Notes: generated from the sequence alone by a model not told the origin. A stretch of 40,314 bases of DNA from an uncultured Bacillales bacterium (GCA_946625055.1 CAMOSS010000002.1:1-40314); one strand, 5' to 3'. Positions 1 through 9,456 are shown, counted from the first letter of the stretch. Numbers and translations are program-made.

Positions 1-20
1 CACCTTAAAAAAGTGAGATG

Positions 21-54
21 AAAAATAAAAGAGGGATGCAGCAAAGCATCTCTC
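21..54 (-). terminator. Intrinsic-terminator-like hairpin read on the minus strand
   Basis: gagggatgc (31-39) pairs with gcatctctc (46-54): 9 bp including one G-U, with a 6-nt loop. The plus-strand A-run 21-30 becomes UUUUAUUUUU after the hairpin on the minus strand. There is no T-run on the plus-strand side. Confidence 0.5.
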
Positions 55-67
55 ACAACACAAAGAT

Positions 68-96
68 ATTATAAATCTTTAGAGTGAACTTATCAA
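68..96 (-). promoter_or_regulatory. Sigma-70-type promoter on the minus strand (TTGATA-17-TATAAT)
   Basis: The reverse complement of 68-96 reads TTGATA agttcactctaaagatt TATAAT, with an exact 17-nt spacer. The predicted TSS is near position 61. Confidence 0.55.
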
Positions 97-129
97 GGGG
101 TCCTCCCCCTAAAAGGAAAGGAGGATAAT

Positions 130-312
130 ATGAAACTAGTAAAGATGAATGAACAAGAATTGATCGAGCATCAAGTAGGGGCTGTAAGCCTCGCCACAGT
201 AATGGCTATTATGGCAATCGCTGTTATGGCCGTGGTTATTTATAAGTTGTTCCTCTCATCAAAGGGATCAACAAATGTTCCTGGAGGCTGGAAATTTAGT
301 TGGGCAGAATGA
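130..312 (+). CDS. Small single-pass membrane protein (60 aa), unknown function
   Basis: Strong SD AAAGGAAAGGAGGA sits 4-5 nt upstream of the ATG. There is one clear hydrophobic helix (VSLATVMAIMAIAVMAVVIY). The TGA stop (310-312) overlaps the radC ATG (309-311) as ATGA. Confidence 0.5.
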   Translation: MKLVKMNEQELIEHQVGAVSLATVMAIMAIAVMAVVIYKLFLSSKGSTNVPGGWKFSWAE

Positions 313-983
313 AAATGTTAGATTTACCAATACAGGAAAGACCAAGGGAAAAATTAACCCGTTATGGAGTAGATTCTCTTTCAAATGTTGAACTGCTTGC
401 GATCATCATTGGAAGTGGAACAAAGAACAAAAATGTCATCGATATCGCTCATGATTTATTGAAAGAAAAAGGACTTCTTGGATTATTTAACACTCCTTAT
501 AAAGAATTAGAAAATATCGATGGAATATCCAGTGTCACATCGATGAAATTGGCATCCATATTTGAACTCTCAAAAAGGATATCGATGGCAAAAGTGGAAA
601 GCGAATCAACAACAATAAATGCTGATTACATCTTTAAAAAGTATCAACAGACACTTTCGACATATCAACAAGAAGTCATGGGATTAATCGTTTTAGATAA
701 AAAGTCTCATATCATCACAGAAAAGATACTTTATAAAGGAACGAATAATAACATTCATACCTCAAACAAAGATATTTTAAGAGAGATTTTTATCAATGGT
801 GGCTCTAAGTTTTATATCTTTCATAATCACATTGGAGATTCATCATTTCCAAGCGATGCAGATATAACCTTCACAATTGCCTTAATCAAAGAGGCAAAAA
901 GATATGATTTAGAACTAGTTGATCACGTCATTATTTCTAGAAAAGACTATTTCTCATTTAAGGAGGCAAATATAAATATTTAA
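309..983 (+). CDS. radC: RadC-like JAB/MPN-domain protein
   Basis: N-terminus is LPxxERPREKL with an HhH-like region. The C-terminal JAMM-like motif is HNHIGDSSFPSDAD. The track ORF begins at a TTG at 300; the ATG at 309 (MKMLDLP) fits family N-termini better. Confidence 0.9.
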   Translation: MKMLDLPIQERPREKLTRYGVDSLSNVELLAIIIGSGTKNKNVIDIAHDLLKEKGLLGLFNTPYKELENIDGISSVTSMKLASIFELSKRISMAKVESESTTINADYIFKKYQQTLSTYQQEVMGLIVLDKKSHIITEKILYKGTNNNIHTSNKDILREIFINGGSKFYIFHNHIGDSSFPSDADITFTIALIKEAKRYDLELVDHVIISRKDYFSFKEANINI

Positions 984-999
984 TTCCTAAAAACAATTG

Positions 1000-1028
1000 T
1001 TGACTTAGTCATACCCGCGTGATATATT
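1000..1028 (+). promoter_or_regulatory. Promoter of the rplU operon (TTGACT-17-TATATT, TG-extended)
   Basis: TTGACT at 1000-1005, a 17-nt spacer, TATATT at 1023-1028, preceded by TGa at 1020-1022. Confidence 0.6.
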
Positions 1029-1141
1029 ACTTGCGTTGTCGCCTCACTAGCTACAACCGCTTAGAAAAGGTTTTCTAAAAACAAATAATTGTTACCTCAA
1101 TAGCGAGTCCTTAGTGAATCTTAAGAAAAAGGAGGGGCATT
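1029..1141 (+). promoter_or_regulatory. Structured 5' leader of rplU (candidate L21-leader-type autoregulatory RNA)
   Basis: A ~110-nt untranslated leader lies between the promoter and rplU. Visible stems are gcgttgt/acaaccgc, tagaaaa/ttttcta, and a long-range cacta/tagtg pairing. Firmicutes carry an L21 leader at this position. The fold was not verified against a covariance model. Confidence 0.4.
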
Positions 1142-1450
1142 ATGTACGCTATTATCGAAACTGGTGGTAAACAAATCCGTGTCGAAGTTGGTCAACAAAT
1201 CTATGTTGAAAAGCTCGAAGGTGAAGTTGAAGCACAAGTGACATTTGACAAAGTTCTTCTCGTTAGCGATAAGAAGGCCAAAGTTGGTACACCATACGTT
1301 CAAGGTGCAACCGTCGTTGCCAAAATTGTCAAACAAGGTCTTTCAAAGAAGATCAGAGTCTACAAATACAAGAGCAAGGCTAACTATCACAAAACAATTG
1401 GTCATCGTCAACCATATACTTGCTTAGTTATTGAATCAATCAACGCTTAA
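1142..1450 (+). CDS. rplU: 50S ribosomal protein L21
   Basis: [14 protein letters not shown]... is the canonical L21 N-terminus. SD AAAGGAGGGG is upstream. Confidence 0.97.
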   Translation: MYAIIETGGKQIRVEVGQQIYVEKLEGEVEAQVTFDKVLLVSDKKAKVGTPYVQGATVVAKIVKQGLSKKIRVYKYKSKANYHKTIGHRQPYTCLVIESINA

Positions 1451-1452
1451 TT

Positions 1453-1758
1453 ATGCTTAAAGTACAAATTGCTTACAAAAATAACAAATTCTCTTCCCTT
1501 GTTATGAAGGGTCACGCTGACAGTGCTGAATACGGTCACGATCTCGTTTGTGCCGGAGCTTCTGCTGTAGTGATTGGAGGATTGAATAATATCAGAGATA
1601 TTAAACAATTCAAAGTTCACATTGCTGAAGGAGATGTTAAGGTTGAAGCAATTGGGGAAATTAGCCAACATGATGAGGTTGTCTTAGAAACAATTGTCTC
1701 TGGACTAAAGACATTACAAGAAGACAATAAGCAGTTCATCAAAATCGAAATTTTATAG
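1453..1758 (+). CDS. prp: Ribosomal-processing cysteine protease Prp (YsxB family)
   Basis: Located between rplU and rpmA. Conserved GHA...G.D.VCAGASA motif with the catalytic Cys. Confidence 0.9.
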   Translation: MLKVQIAYKNNKFSSLVMKGHADSAEYGHDLVCAGASAVVIGGLNNIRDIKQFKVHIAEGDVKVEAIGEISQHDEVVLETIVSGLKTLQEDNKQFIKIEIL

Positions 1759-1779
1759 AAAAGAGAGGTTATCATCATT

Positions 1780-2064
1780 ATGATGTTTAAATTAAATTTA
1801 CAACTCTTCGCTTCTAAAAAGGGTGTTGGTTCCACGAAGAATGGTCGTGACTCAGCTGGTCGTCGTTTAGGTGCTAAAGTCGCTGATGGTCAATGGTGTC
1901 ATGCTGGTAGTATCATCTATCGTCAAAGAGGAACAAGAATCTACCCAGGTGAAAACACAAAACGTGGTGGAGATGACACAATCTTCGCAACTGTTTCCGG
2001 TATCGTCAAATACGAAAGACTCGGAAAAGATAAAACTTGTGTTAAAGTTATCGCAAGCAAATAA
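1780..2064 (+). CDS. rpmA: 50S ribosomal protein L27 with Prp-cleaved N-terminal propeptide
   Basis: [25 protein letters not shown]: a Firmicutes-type propeptide followed by the conserved mature N-terminus. Confidence 0.97.
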   Translation: MMFKLNLQLFASKKGVGSTKNGRDSAGRRLGAKVADGQWCHAGSIIYRQRGTRIYPGENTKRGGDDTIFATVSGIVKYERLGKDKTCVKVIASK

Positions 2065-2083
2065 GAGTTAAAAAAGTTTTATT

Positions 2084-2115
2084 AAAGACCACTTAATTGT
2101 GGTCTTTTATTTTGA
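2084..2115 (+). terminator. Rho-independent terminator after rpmA
   Basis: aaagaccac / gtggtcttt stem with a 6-nt loop, followed by a T-rich run. Confidence 0.8.
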
Positions 2116-2142
2116 TATTATTTATAATAATAAAAGACAATT

Positions 2143-3420
2143 ATGTTTATAGATCGTGCAGTAATTGAAGTTAGAAGCGGAAAAGGCGGAGATGGAATGA
2201 TCGCTTTCCGTAGAGAAAAATATGTCGCTAAAGGCGGACCATCTGGTGGAAATGGTGGTAGAGGCGGTAGCGTTTATTTAGTTGCACGTCAAAAAGTGAA
2301 TACTCTTTTCAACTTTAGACATTCCATTTGTATTCAAGCAAACGATGGTGAAAAGGGTGGCACAAAACTTAAATACGGAAAATATGCCGAAGATGTCTAT
2401 GTCGATGTCCCAATTGGAACAGTAGTCTATCTTGAAGATGGCAATAAATTCTTAGGTGATTTATCAGAAGAAGGAAAAACACTTCTTGTAGCCAAAGGCG
2501 GAAGAGGTGGAAAAGGAAATGCTTGTTTTAAATCATCGACAAATAGAGTTCCTCGCATTGCTGAAAATGGTGAACCAGGAGAAAAGAAGAGATTAATTCT
2601 TGAACTTAAACTTTTAGCTGATGTTGGCGTTATTGGTTTTCCATCAGTTGGTAAATCTACACTTTTAAGTGTAGTCAGTTCGGCAAGACCAGAAATTGCT
2701 GATTATCCATTCACAACTATTATTCCTAATTTAGGCGTTGTTAATACAAAAGATGGTCGTTCATTTGTTATGGCTGATCTTCCAGGCCTAATTAAAGGAG
2801 CTCACCTTGGCAAAGGTCTTGGACTCCAATTTTTAAGACATATTGAAAGATGTAGAGTTATCGTTCATGTCATAGATATGGGCTTATCAGGTAGAGATCC
2901 ATATGATGACTATGTTTCTATCAACGAAGAATTAAAACAATACGGATTTGGTCTTATCAATCGTCCACAAATTCTTGTCGCTTCCAAAATGGATGAAGAA
3001 GGAGCTATTGATAGACTTAATGAATTAAAAAAGAAAATAAATGTTCCAATCATTCCTATTTCTGCTTTAACAGACGAAGGAATCGATGAACTTTTATATA
3101 AATGCGCCGATTTACTTGATGTCACACCAATCTTCCCTCTTGAAGGAAGTGAAGAGGAAGTGCTCGACACCAAAGTCTACGAATTAGAAGATGAGCAAAA
3201 AGAATTCTATATTCGTCGACTTGATATGCATAACTTCGAAATCTATGGCGATAAGATTATCAAATACTACAAGATGACAAATATCACCACAGACGAAGGT
3301 ATGATGAAACTCATTACACACTTAAGAAAAATTGGTGTTGATGATGAGCTTGAAAAAATGGGAGCACAAAACGGAGACAATGTCATATTAGATGACTTTG
3401 AATTTGACTATGTCAACTAA
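2143..3420 (+). CDS. obg: GTPase Obg/CgtA
   Basis: Glycine-rich Obg fold (GGxGGxGG repeats), G1 motif GFPSVGKST, DLPG, and a C-terminal TGS-like/OCT domain. Confidence 0.97.
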   Translation: MFIDRAVIEVRSGKGGDGMIAFRREKYVAKGGPSGGNGGRGGSVYLVARQKVNTLFNFRHSICIQANDGEKGGTKLKYGKYAEDVYVDVPIGTVVYLEDGNKFLGDLSEEGKTLLVAKGGRGGKGNACFKSSTNRVPRIAENGEPGEKKRLILELKLLADVGVIGFPSVGKSTLLSVVSSARPEIADYPFTTIIPNLGVVNTKDGRSFVMADLPGLIKGAHLGKGLGLQFLRHIERCRVIVHVIDMGLSGRDPYDDYVSINEELKQYGFGLINRPQILVASKMDEEGAIDRLNELKKKINVPIIPISALTDEGIDELLYKCADLLDVTPIFPLEGSEEEVLDTKVYELEDEQKEFYIRRLDMHNFEIYGDKIIKYYKMTNITTDEGMMKLITHLRKIGVDDELEKMGAQNGDNVILDDFEFDYVN

Positions 3421-3511
3421 GAAAGATTTAACGATTATTGCTATCCTTGTCAGTGCTCTGATACTCCTTGGAGTATTAGTATTCTTTATTATGATAAATT
3501 GAGGTGATTAG

Positions 3512-4066
3512 ATGATTTATTATTTAAAAGGTAAAATTGTTGATCAAATCGAATCTTCAATCGTTGTTGATGTTAATGGAGTGGCTTATGAATGTTTAGT
3601 CTCCCATCCATCAGATTTTGAACTTGGTCAAGAAAGAATCGTTTATACATATAAAGTGGTTAGAGAAGATGAAGAATACCTTGTTGGATTCTCTTCAAAA
3701 GAAGAAAAATCAGTCTTCTTATCTTTGATAAAAGTAAAAGGCTTAGGTCCAAAAACCGTTATTCAATCCTTATCCACAACTACACCAGAGGCTGTTTTAA
3801 GTGCTATCGCATCTAATAACGTTGCTTATTTAAAAGCTCTTCCTGGAATTGGAGCAAAAGCAGCGGCGCAAATCATCCTTGATTTGAAAGGCCAACTTAC
3901 TGGTTCTAAAGGAAATCCAAAAATGTACGATGAAGTATATGATGCTCTTAAAGGTCTTGGCTTTAAAGGTGCGGCTATTGATAGAGTTTTATCTCAAATC
4001 AATGAACCAAATGCCTCTAGTGAAGATGTTTTAAGAATGGCACTCGCAAAATTAAGGAAAAAATAG
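3512..4066 (+). CDS. ruvA: Holliday junction DNA helicase RuvA
   Basis: MIYYLKGKI... N-terminus, HhH motifs (LIKVKGLGPKT, LPGIGAKAA), adjacent to ruvB. Confidence 0.93.
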   Translation: MIYYLKGKIVDQIESSIVVDVNGVAYECLVSHPSDFELGQERIVYTYKVVREDEEYLVGFSSKEEKSVFLSLIKVKGLGPKTVIQSLSTTTPEAVLSAIASNNVAYLKALPGIGAKAAAQIILDLKGQLTGSKGNPKMYDEVYDALKGLGFKGAAIDRVLSQINEPNASSEDVLRMALAKLRKK

Positions 4067-4069
4067 TAT

Positions 4070-5074
4070 ATGAGTAGACTCCTTGATGCAAATATCGATA
4101 AAAAAGAAGCTCAGTATGAGACTTCCTTAAGACCACAATCTTTAAAAGAATATGTCGGTCAAGAAGACTTGAAAAACAATTTCAAGATCTTTATTGGTGC
4201 CGCTCTGCATAGAGATGAACCTCTCGATCACATTTTGTTATATGGTCCTCCAGGACTTGGAAAGACTACCCTTGCCAATGTCATTGCTAATGAAATGCAT
4301 GCTAACATTCATTTAGTAAATGGTCCGGCTATTGAAAAAACCGGAGATTTAGCCTCCATCCTTTCCATGCTTGAACCAGGTGATGTTTTATTCATCGATG
4401 AAATTCATAGACTCCCAAGAGTCGTGGAAGAAGTTTTATACGGAGCAATGGAAGATTTTAAACTTTCAATCATGATTAATCGCGATTCTAATGCTAAAGC
4501 ATTAAATCTTACTCTTCCTCCATTTACTTTAATTGGTGCAACCACAAGAGCTGGTGATATTTCATCTCCATTAAGAGCGAGATTTGGTATCACAGAAAAA
4601 CTTAATTTCTACACAGAAGAAGAAATCAAAAAAATCGTTTTAAGAAGTGCGAGAGTCTTTAATGTCACCATTGAAGATAGTGCAGCACAAGAAATTGCCA
4701 AGCGTTCAAGAGGAACGCCAAGAATTGCAAATAGACTCTTAAAAAGAGTGAGAGACTTTGCAAATTATGAAGGAAAAGACGATATCACATTAAATGATGC
4801 TTTAATGGCATTAAAAGCCCTTAAAGTTGATTCCATCGGACTTGATGATGTCGATATCCGTTATTTAAAAACACTCATTGAAAGATTCAATGGTGGACCA
4901 GTTGGTTTAGAGGTTTTAGCCAACGCTATCGGAGAGGAAATTATGAACCTTGAAGATGTTTATGAACCATATCTTTTACAGATTGGTTTGATTGATCGCA
5001 CCCCAAGAGGGAGAATGGCGACCACAAAAGCCTATGAGCATTTGAAGATTGCTCACCAAGGAAAATTATTTTAA
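4070..5074 (+). CDS. ruvB: Holliday junction ATP-dependent DNA helicase RuvB
   Basis: [12 protein letters not shown], Walker [10 protein letters not shown], Walker B LFIDEIHR, sensor [11 protein letters not shown]. Confidence 0.97.
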   Translation: MSRLLDANIDKKEAQYETSLRPQSLKEYVGQEDLKNNFKIFIGAALHRDEPLDHILLYGPPGLGKTTLANVIANEMHANIHLVNGPAIEKTGDLASILSMLEPGDVLFIDEIHRLPRVVEEVLYGAMEDFKLSIMINRDSNAKALNLTLPPFTLIGATTRAGDISSPLRARFGITEKLNFYTEEEIKKIVLRSARVFNVTIEDSAAQEIAKRSRGTPRIANRLLKRVRDFANYEGKDDITLNDALMALKALKVDSIGLDDVDIRYLKTLIERFNGGPVGLEVLANAIGEEIMNLEDVYEPYLLQIGLIDRTPRGRMATTKAYEHLKIAHQGKLF

Positions 5075-5217
5075 TAATTTTTATTATTGAAATGTTTTTT
5101 CTTTTTCGTGCGCGTATGCGCAAAGATTTTATTGTATTAGAAAATACTTTGTAGTATTTTATTTATTAGGCGCATTAGCGCATCTGTATTATTACCTTAT
5201 TTTAGGAGGCAACATTT

Positions 5218-7833
5218 ATGAGAAGACTTTGGGCTTATATTGTTACAGTATTTACCGCGATTGTTCTCGTTGGAGTGACATTTTCAACTGTCGCTTTAAA
5301 CTTACGTTCTAATCTTGAATATCAAAGTGGTCGTGAATTAGTATTCCGCATCTCTGATAAAGAAGATGAAGAAGCAATCTTTGACGAAAACAATAACAGC
5401 GATGCAGTAGTGGAAATCGCTGACATCATGGAAGAAAGACTTGATAAGGCTGGCGTTACCAAATACGAGATTGACACCGTTGGTTATGACACAGTTAAAG
5501 TTAGATTCAATGATTCAGAAAATTCTGAACACTACACCATGATTTCTAACTACTTAACATTCAACGCATCATTAGCAATCACAACTTCCACAGACAAGAT
5601 CGTCCGTAGTGAAGACTTCAAATCTGATAAAGCTGCTTATGTTAAGAGTGAAAACAATATTCCTCAATTAGTCTTACCTGTCAATGTTAGTGACCCATTC
5701 AAAGCTGTTGTCGATGAAGCCAAGAAACAACTCGAAGAAGCTGCTCCTGCTGCTGAAGGTGAAGAAGAAACAAAAGTTTATCTCTACCTTTGGTACGATT
5801 TCGTCGAAGACGTTGACTCCTATGAGGCTTCACAAAACGACTCAGAAATGCAAAAGAAAATCCTTATTCCATTTGACATTTCTCAATACACAATCAATGA
5901 AGATGGCGAATACGATGAACAATTAGTGGCCACAGTTTCCCCACAAGGTTCAACAATTAAAGATCTTCAAGAATCATATTATCGTGCAAATTACTATGTA
6001 AACTTGCTCAATGCTTCTGAACTTAACTATAAAGTTACCTTCTTATATGATGATTTATGTGCTCCATTAACCGAAAGTTTAATCGCTTTAGGTACAGTTC
6101 ATGAAACCATCGCTTTATCCAGAACATTAATCGCTACATTAGTAGCTATTGCTATCGTTTCCTTACTCCTCATCGCCCTTTATAAATTAGGGGCATTAGG
6201 TGGCATTGCTACAACACTTGTCTCTTTATTTGGTGCTTTCAGCTTCTTAATCTTAATCGGCGTTGAATTCAATATGGCAACCATTATTGGTATTGTCATC
6301 GTTGGTTTAGCATCCATTGCCTCTGTTGTAACATATAATGTTAAACTCGCGGAAGAATGCTACCGTGGTAGAAGCTTAAAGAAAGCCAATTCCGAAGCTG
6401 CTAAGAGATCCTTACTCCCAATTGTTGACATCAATGTTGTTATCATTGTTATCGGCGCCTTTGTCTTCTTACTCGGTGGTGGTGCGATGAAAGGATTAAG
6501 TGCTGCTTTAGTTTTAGGCGGTTTATGTTCACTCGTCCTTAACACCTTAGGTTTAAGAGGACTTATGTGGATGCTTGCTAACACCACAAAATTAACTGGC
6601 AAATACTCTTTATTTGGAGTTGATCCAAGCAAAGTTCCAAACATTGTTAATGAAGAAAAACAATCATACTTTGGTCCATTTGCGGATAGAAACTTCACAA
6701 AATCCAAAAAACCAGTTGGTATTGTAACTGCTGTCTTATTTGTTGCCGCTCTTGCTGGTATGATCACCTTTGGTGCTTTAAACAAAGGCAACTTCTACAA
6801 TTATCAAACAAATCAAGTTAAGACTTCAGAAATCTATTTTGAAGCCACAAATAATGAATATGCTTTCACTCAATCATCAGTTAAAGCTATCTTAGATGAT
6901 ATGCTTATCTATGAAGAAGGAAAAGCAGAAGCTGACTTAAAATCCCTCGGTTCATTAATGGAGGGTGAAGTTTATGTTGCTGATCCAATGACTGAAACAA
7001 TCCGTAAGGATTCTATCGACTTCACATACACCCATTACTACTATGTAGTAACATTAAAAGGTGAGCTCAAACTCGACACCCAAATCTATGATAAGAGCGT
7101 CGGAACTTCAAATATTAATGAAGTTAACGAAATCTTAAGAGATAGATTATCAAGCGAAGAATTATCTGCTAACTGTACAGCCACATTAAAGACAGTGGTC
7201 GATAGAACACCAGATCGTCCTGGATTTAGTTCCATCACACTCGCAACATTTGTTGGTGTTGCTGTTCTTACAGTTTATCTCATGCTCAGATACCGCTTAA
7301 GCAGAGGTTTAACCACCTTATTCGTGACATCTGGCGTCACCGGAATTGCAATGGGTATCTTCTCATTATTAAGAACACCTATTTCAACCTACGCATTAGC
7401 CGTTCTTCCTGGCATCGCTGCCGCTTTACTCATCATGGAAATCTTCCTTATGAATAGAGAAAGAGAACTCGTTCTTGAAGATAGAAGTGGAGATCGTTCT
7501 GTTGAACATAGAAACGAGATCATGGAAAGAGGAACATCCTATTCTGCAACAATGATTATGGCCTTCCTCTCACTCGCTCTTGTCGTCAGTGTCTGCTTCT
7601 ATGGATTTGGACCATTAAAGGCTTCTTCTCCATACATTATCTTAGTCGTAGGATTACTCCTTGGTGCTTTAGCGGTCTTAACTCTCTTTGGCCCTATTTC
7701 TCAACTCTTCTATAAGTTATTCTCCAAAGTTCAAATCGAGAGAAAACCAAAAGCTAGAAAGAAAAAGAAAAACGTCAAAGTCAAGAAGTCTGCAGAACCA
7801 GAAGAAGCAATATTTATCGGCATTAACGATTAA
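5218..7833 (+). CDS. secDF: Protein translocase subunit SecDF (fused)
   Basis: 871 aa with two six-helix bundles, each preceded by an extracytoplasmic domain. A lysine-rich tail is present. SD AGGAGG is upstream. Confidence 0.85.
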   Translation: MRRLWAYIVTVFTAIVLVGVTFSTVALNLRSNLEYQSGRELVFRISDKEDEEAIFDENNNSDAVVEIADIMEERLDKAGVTKYEIDTVGYDTVKVRFNDSENSEHYTMISNYLTFNASLAITTSTDKIVRSEDFKSDKAAYVKSENNIPQLVLPVNVSDPFKAVVDEAKKQLEEAAPAAEGEEETKVYLYLWYDFVEDVDSYEASQNDSEMQKKILIPFDISQYTINEDGEYDEQLVATVSPQGSTIKDLQESYYRANYYVNLLNASELNYKVTFLYDDLCAPLTESLIALGTVHETIALSRTLIATLVAIAIVSLLLIALYKLGALGGIATTLVSLFGAFSFLILIGVEFNMATIIGIVIVGLASIASVVTYNVKLAEECYRGRSLKKANSEAAKRSLLPIVDINVVIIVIGAFVFLLGGGAMKGLSAALVLGGLCSLVLNTLGLRGLMWMLANTTKLTGKYSLFGVDPSKVPNIVNEEKQSYFGPFADRNFTKSKKPVGIVTAVLFVAALAGMITFGALNKGNFYNYQTNQVKTSEIYFEATNNEYAFTQSSVKAILDDMLIYEEGKAEADLKSLGSLMEGEVYVADPMTETIRKDSIDFTYTHYYYVVTLKGELKLDTQIYDKSVGTSNINEVNEILRDRLSSEELSANCTATLKTVVDRTPDRPGFSSITLATFVGVAVLTVYLMLRYRLSRGLTTLFVTSGVTGIAMGIFSLLRTPISTYALAVLPGIAAALLIMEIFLMNRERELVLEDRSGDRSVEHRNEIMERGTSYSATMIMAFLSLALVVSVCFYGFGPLKASSPYIILVVGLLLGALAVLTLFGPISQLFYKLFSKVQIERKPKARKKKKNVKVKKSAEPEEAIFIGIND

Positions 7834-7840
7834 CATTTAT

Positions 7841-7863
7841 AGCCACCGGTTTGGTGGCTTTTA
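7841..7863 (+). terminator. Rho-independent terminator after secDF
   Basis: agccacc / ggtggct stem followed by TTTTAT. Confidence 0.7.
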
Positions 7864-7875
7864 TGCAATTAAAAT

Positions 7876-9447
7876 ATGAGAAAGTCATTATTTGAAAAAC
7901 TATTAGAATACTATAACATTACAAAGGAAGATTATGAGCATCTCACTCGTGATGTAACTTTAGATATGATTCCATCTCCATTTAAGTTTAAAAGAATGGA
8001 TGAGGCGGTTGAACTTGTGAAAAAACACATTTCTTTAAATAACAAGATTGTTATTTATGGTGATTATGACGCGGATGGTATTACTGGATGCTCTATATTA
8101 GTTAAAGGTCTTTCTTATCTTGGTTATGATGCAAACTATTACATTCCAAATAGATATTTAGACGGATACGGAATTAATGAGGCAAAAGCCCAAGAAATAA
8201 TCGATAAAAAATATGATTTAGTCATCACTGTCGATAACGGAATTGCCGCTAACGTTCCAATCAAGATGTTGAGAGAGGCCGGCATTGATGTTTTAGTTCT
8301 TGATCACCACGAAAGGCAAGAAGAATTACCAATTGCTAACGTCATAATCCATCCAACAATATCTGAGTATTCAAATCTTGCGAGCAGTGGAGCTTTTACC
8401 GCTTTTATGTTCATCAGCGCTCTTATTGGAAGATATGATAAATACCTTTCTATGCTCGCCGCTATTTCATTAATCAGCGATATGATGCCACTTAAAGATT
8501 TCAATCGTGATTTGTTAAGAGTGGCGATAAAAGACTATAAAAAAGGTGAATTCTTACCAATTGATTTGCTTCTTGATGGAGAAGAATTTAATGAGACCTC
8601 TATCGGTTTAACAATCGCTCCAAAAATTAACGCGGTTGGAAGAATAAATAAGACGATTGCCATCAATCGTTTAGTGAAATATTTCACCTCTGATGATGAA
8701 GAGATGATACTATCCTACAAAAATTGGATTGTTACCCATAATGATTTAAGAAAAGAAAAGAGCAAAAACGCCAAAGAAATCTTCATGGAATCCATTCAAA
8801 ATAACGATGATCCTGCCATTGTTGTCAAATCTGATTTAGATGAAGGAATGTTAGGACTTGTCGCTAACTCATTATCTGGACTTTGTAATGTTCCCGCTAT
8901 TGTTTTTAGTGAAGATTCAACCCATCCTGGCATCTTGAAGGGCAGTGCTAGATCTATTGAAGGTTTTAATTTAAGTGAAGCATTCCAAGAATTGGCTGAT
9001 CTTGAAGAAACTTTTGGTGGTCACGCTATGGCAGCAGGTGTTTCCATTAAAGATGTTGATTTTGATTTATATAAAGAAAGATTTATCAACTTAGTTAAGA
9101 ATACAAAAATTGTTAAACCAGAAAAGAAATATATTGAGATTTCTATTAACGATGTTAATGAAGAAAATTATGAATTAATCAAGACTTTTTCACCATTTGG
9201 AGAAGAATGGAAAGCTCCTCTTTTAAGAGTAAATCATATCAAAGCGGATACATTAATGTATTCAAGAACACAAGAACACATCATTACCTCAATATCATTA
9301 CAAGCAAGACTTAGAGGTTTTGGATTCTCAAAAGAATTTATGTCAAATTTCAAATATGTTGATTTCTTGGGAAGCATGAAAGAAAACTCTTATCGCGGAG
9401 TGAGATACATCGAATTTGTTATTTCTGACGTTATTGAAAATAAATAA
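7876..9447 (+). CDS. recJ: Single-stranded-DNA-specific exonuclease RecJ (short form)
   Basis: DHH-family motifs DYDADGITG, VDNG, LDHHE, and the DHHA1 motif GGHAMAAG. Confidence 0.9.
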   Translation: MRKSLFEKLLEYYNITKEDYEHLTRDVTLDMIPSPFKFKRMDEAVELVKKHISLNNKIVIYGDYDADGITGCSILVKGLSYLGYDANYYIPNRYLDGYGINEAKAQEIIDKKYDLVITVDNGIAANVPIKMLREAGIDVLVLDHHERQEELPIANVIIHPTISEYSNLASSGAFTAFMFISALIGRYDKYLSMLAAISLISDMMPLKDFNRDLLRVAIKDYKKGEFLPIDLLLDGEEFNETSIGLTIAPKINAVGRINKTIAINRLVKYFTSDDEEMILSYKNWIVTHNDLRKEKSKNAKEIFMESIQNNDDPAIVVKSDLDEGMLGLVANSLSGLCNVPAIVFSEDSTHPGILKGSARSIEGFNLSEAFQELADLEETFGGHAMAAGVSIKDVDFDLYKERFINLVKNTKIVKPEKKYIEISINDVNEENYELIKTFSPFGEEWKAPLLRVNHIKADTLMYSRTQEHIITSISLQARLRGFGFSKEFMSNFKYVDFLGSMKENSYRGVRYIEFVISDVIENK

Positions 9448-9456
9448 GTATAATAA

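Noticed and set aside
130-312. A double-glycine-leader bacteriocin reading of the small ORF (MKLVKMNEQELIEHQVGA | VSLATV...).
   Set aside because: The hydrophobic positions are off by one relative to the LSxxELxxIxGG consensus. No C39-peptidase ABC transporter or immunity gene is nearby, and neither ABC protein at 9.9-13.7 kb has an N-terminal peptidase domain. The ORF is also coupled to radC.
6360-6791. Long antisense or alternative-frame ORFs in the track that lie inside housekeeping genes. Examples are 1121-1336, 1447-1671, 2910-3173, 6360-6791, 10260-10583, 20032-20316, 32531-32845 and 33212-33613.
   Set aside because: Each lies fully within a gene that has unmistakable conserved motifs on the other strand or frame. 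Their products are low-complexity Ser/Leu/Ile/Phe-rich sequences, typical of antisense reading in AT-rich DNA, and none has an SD.
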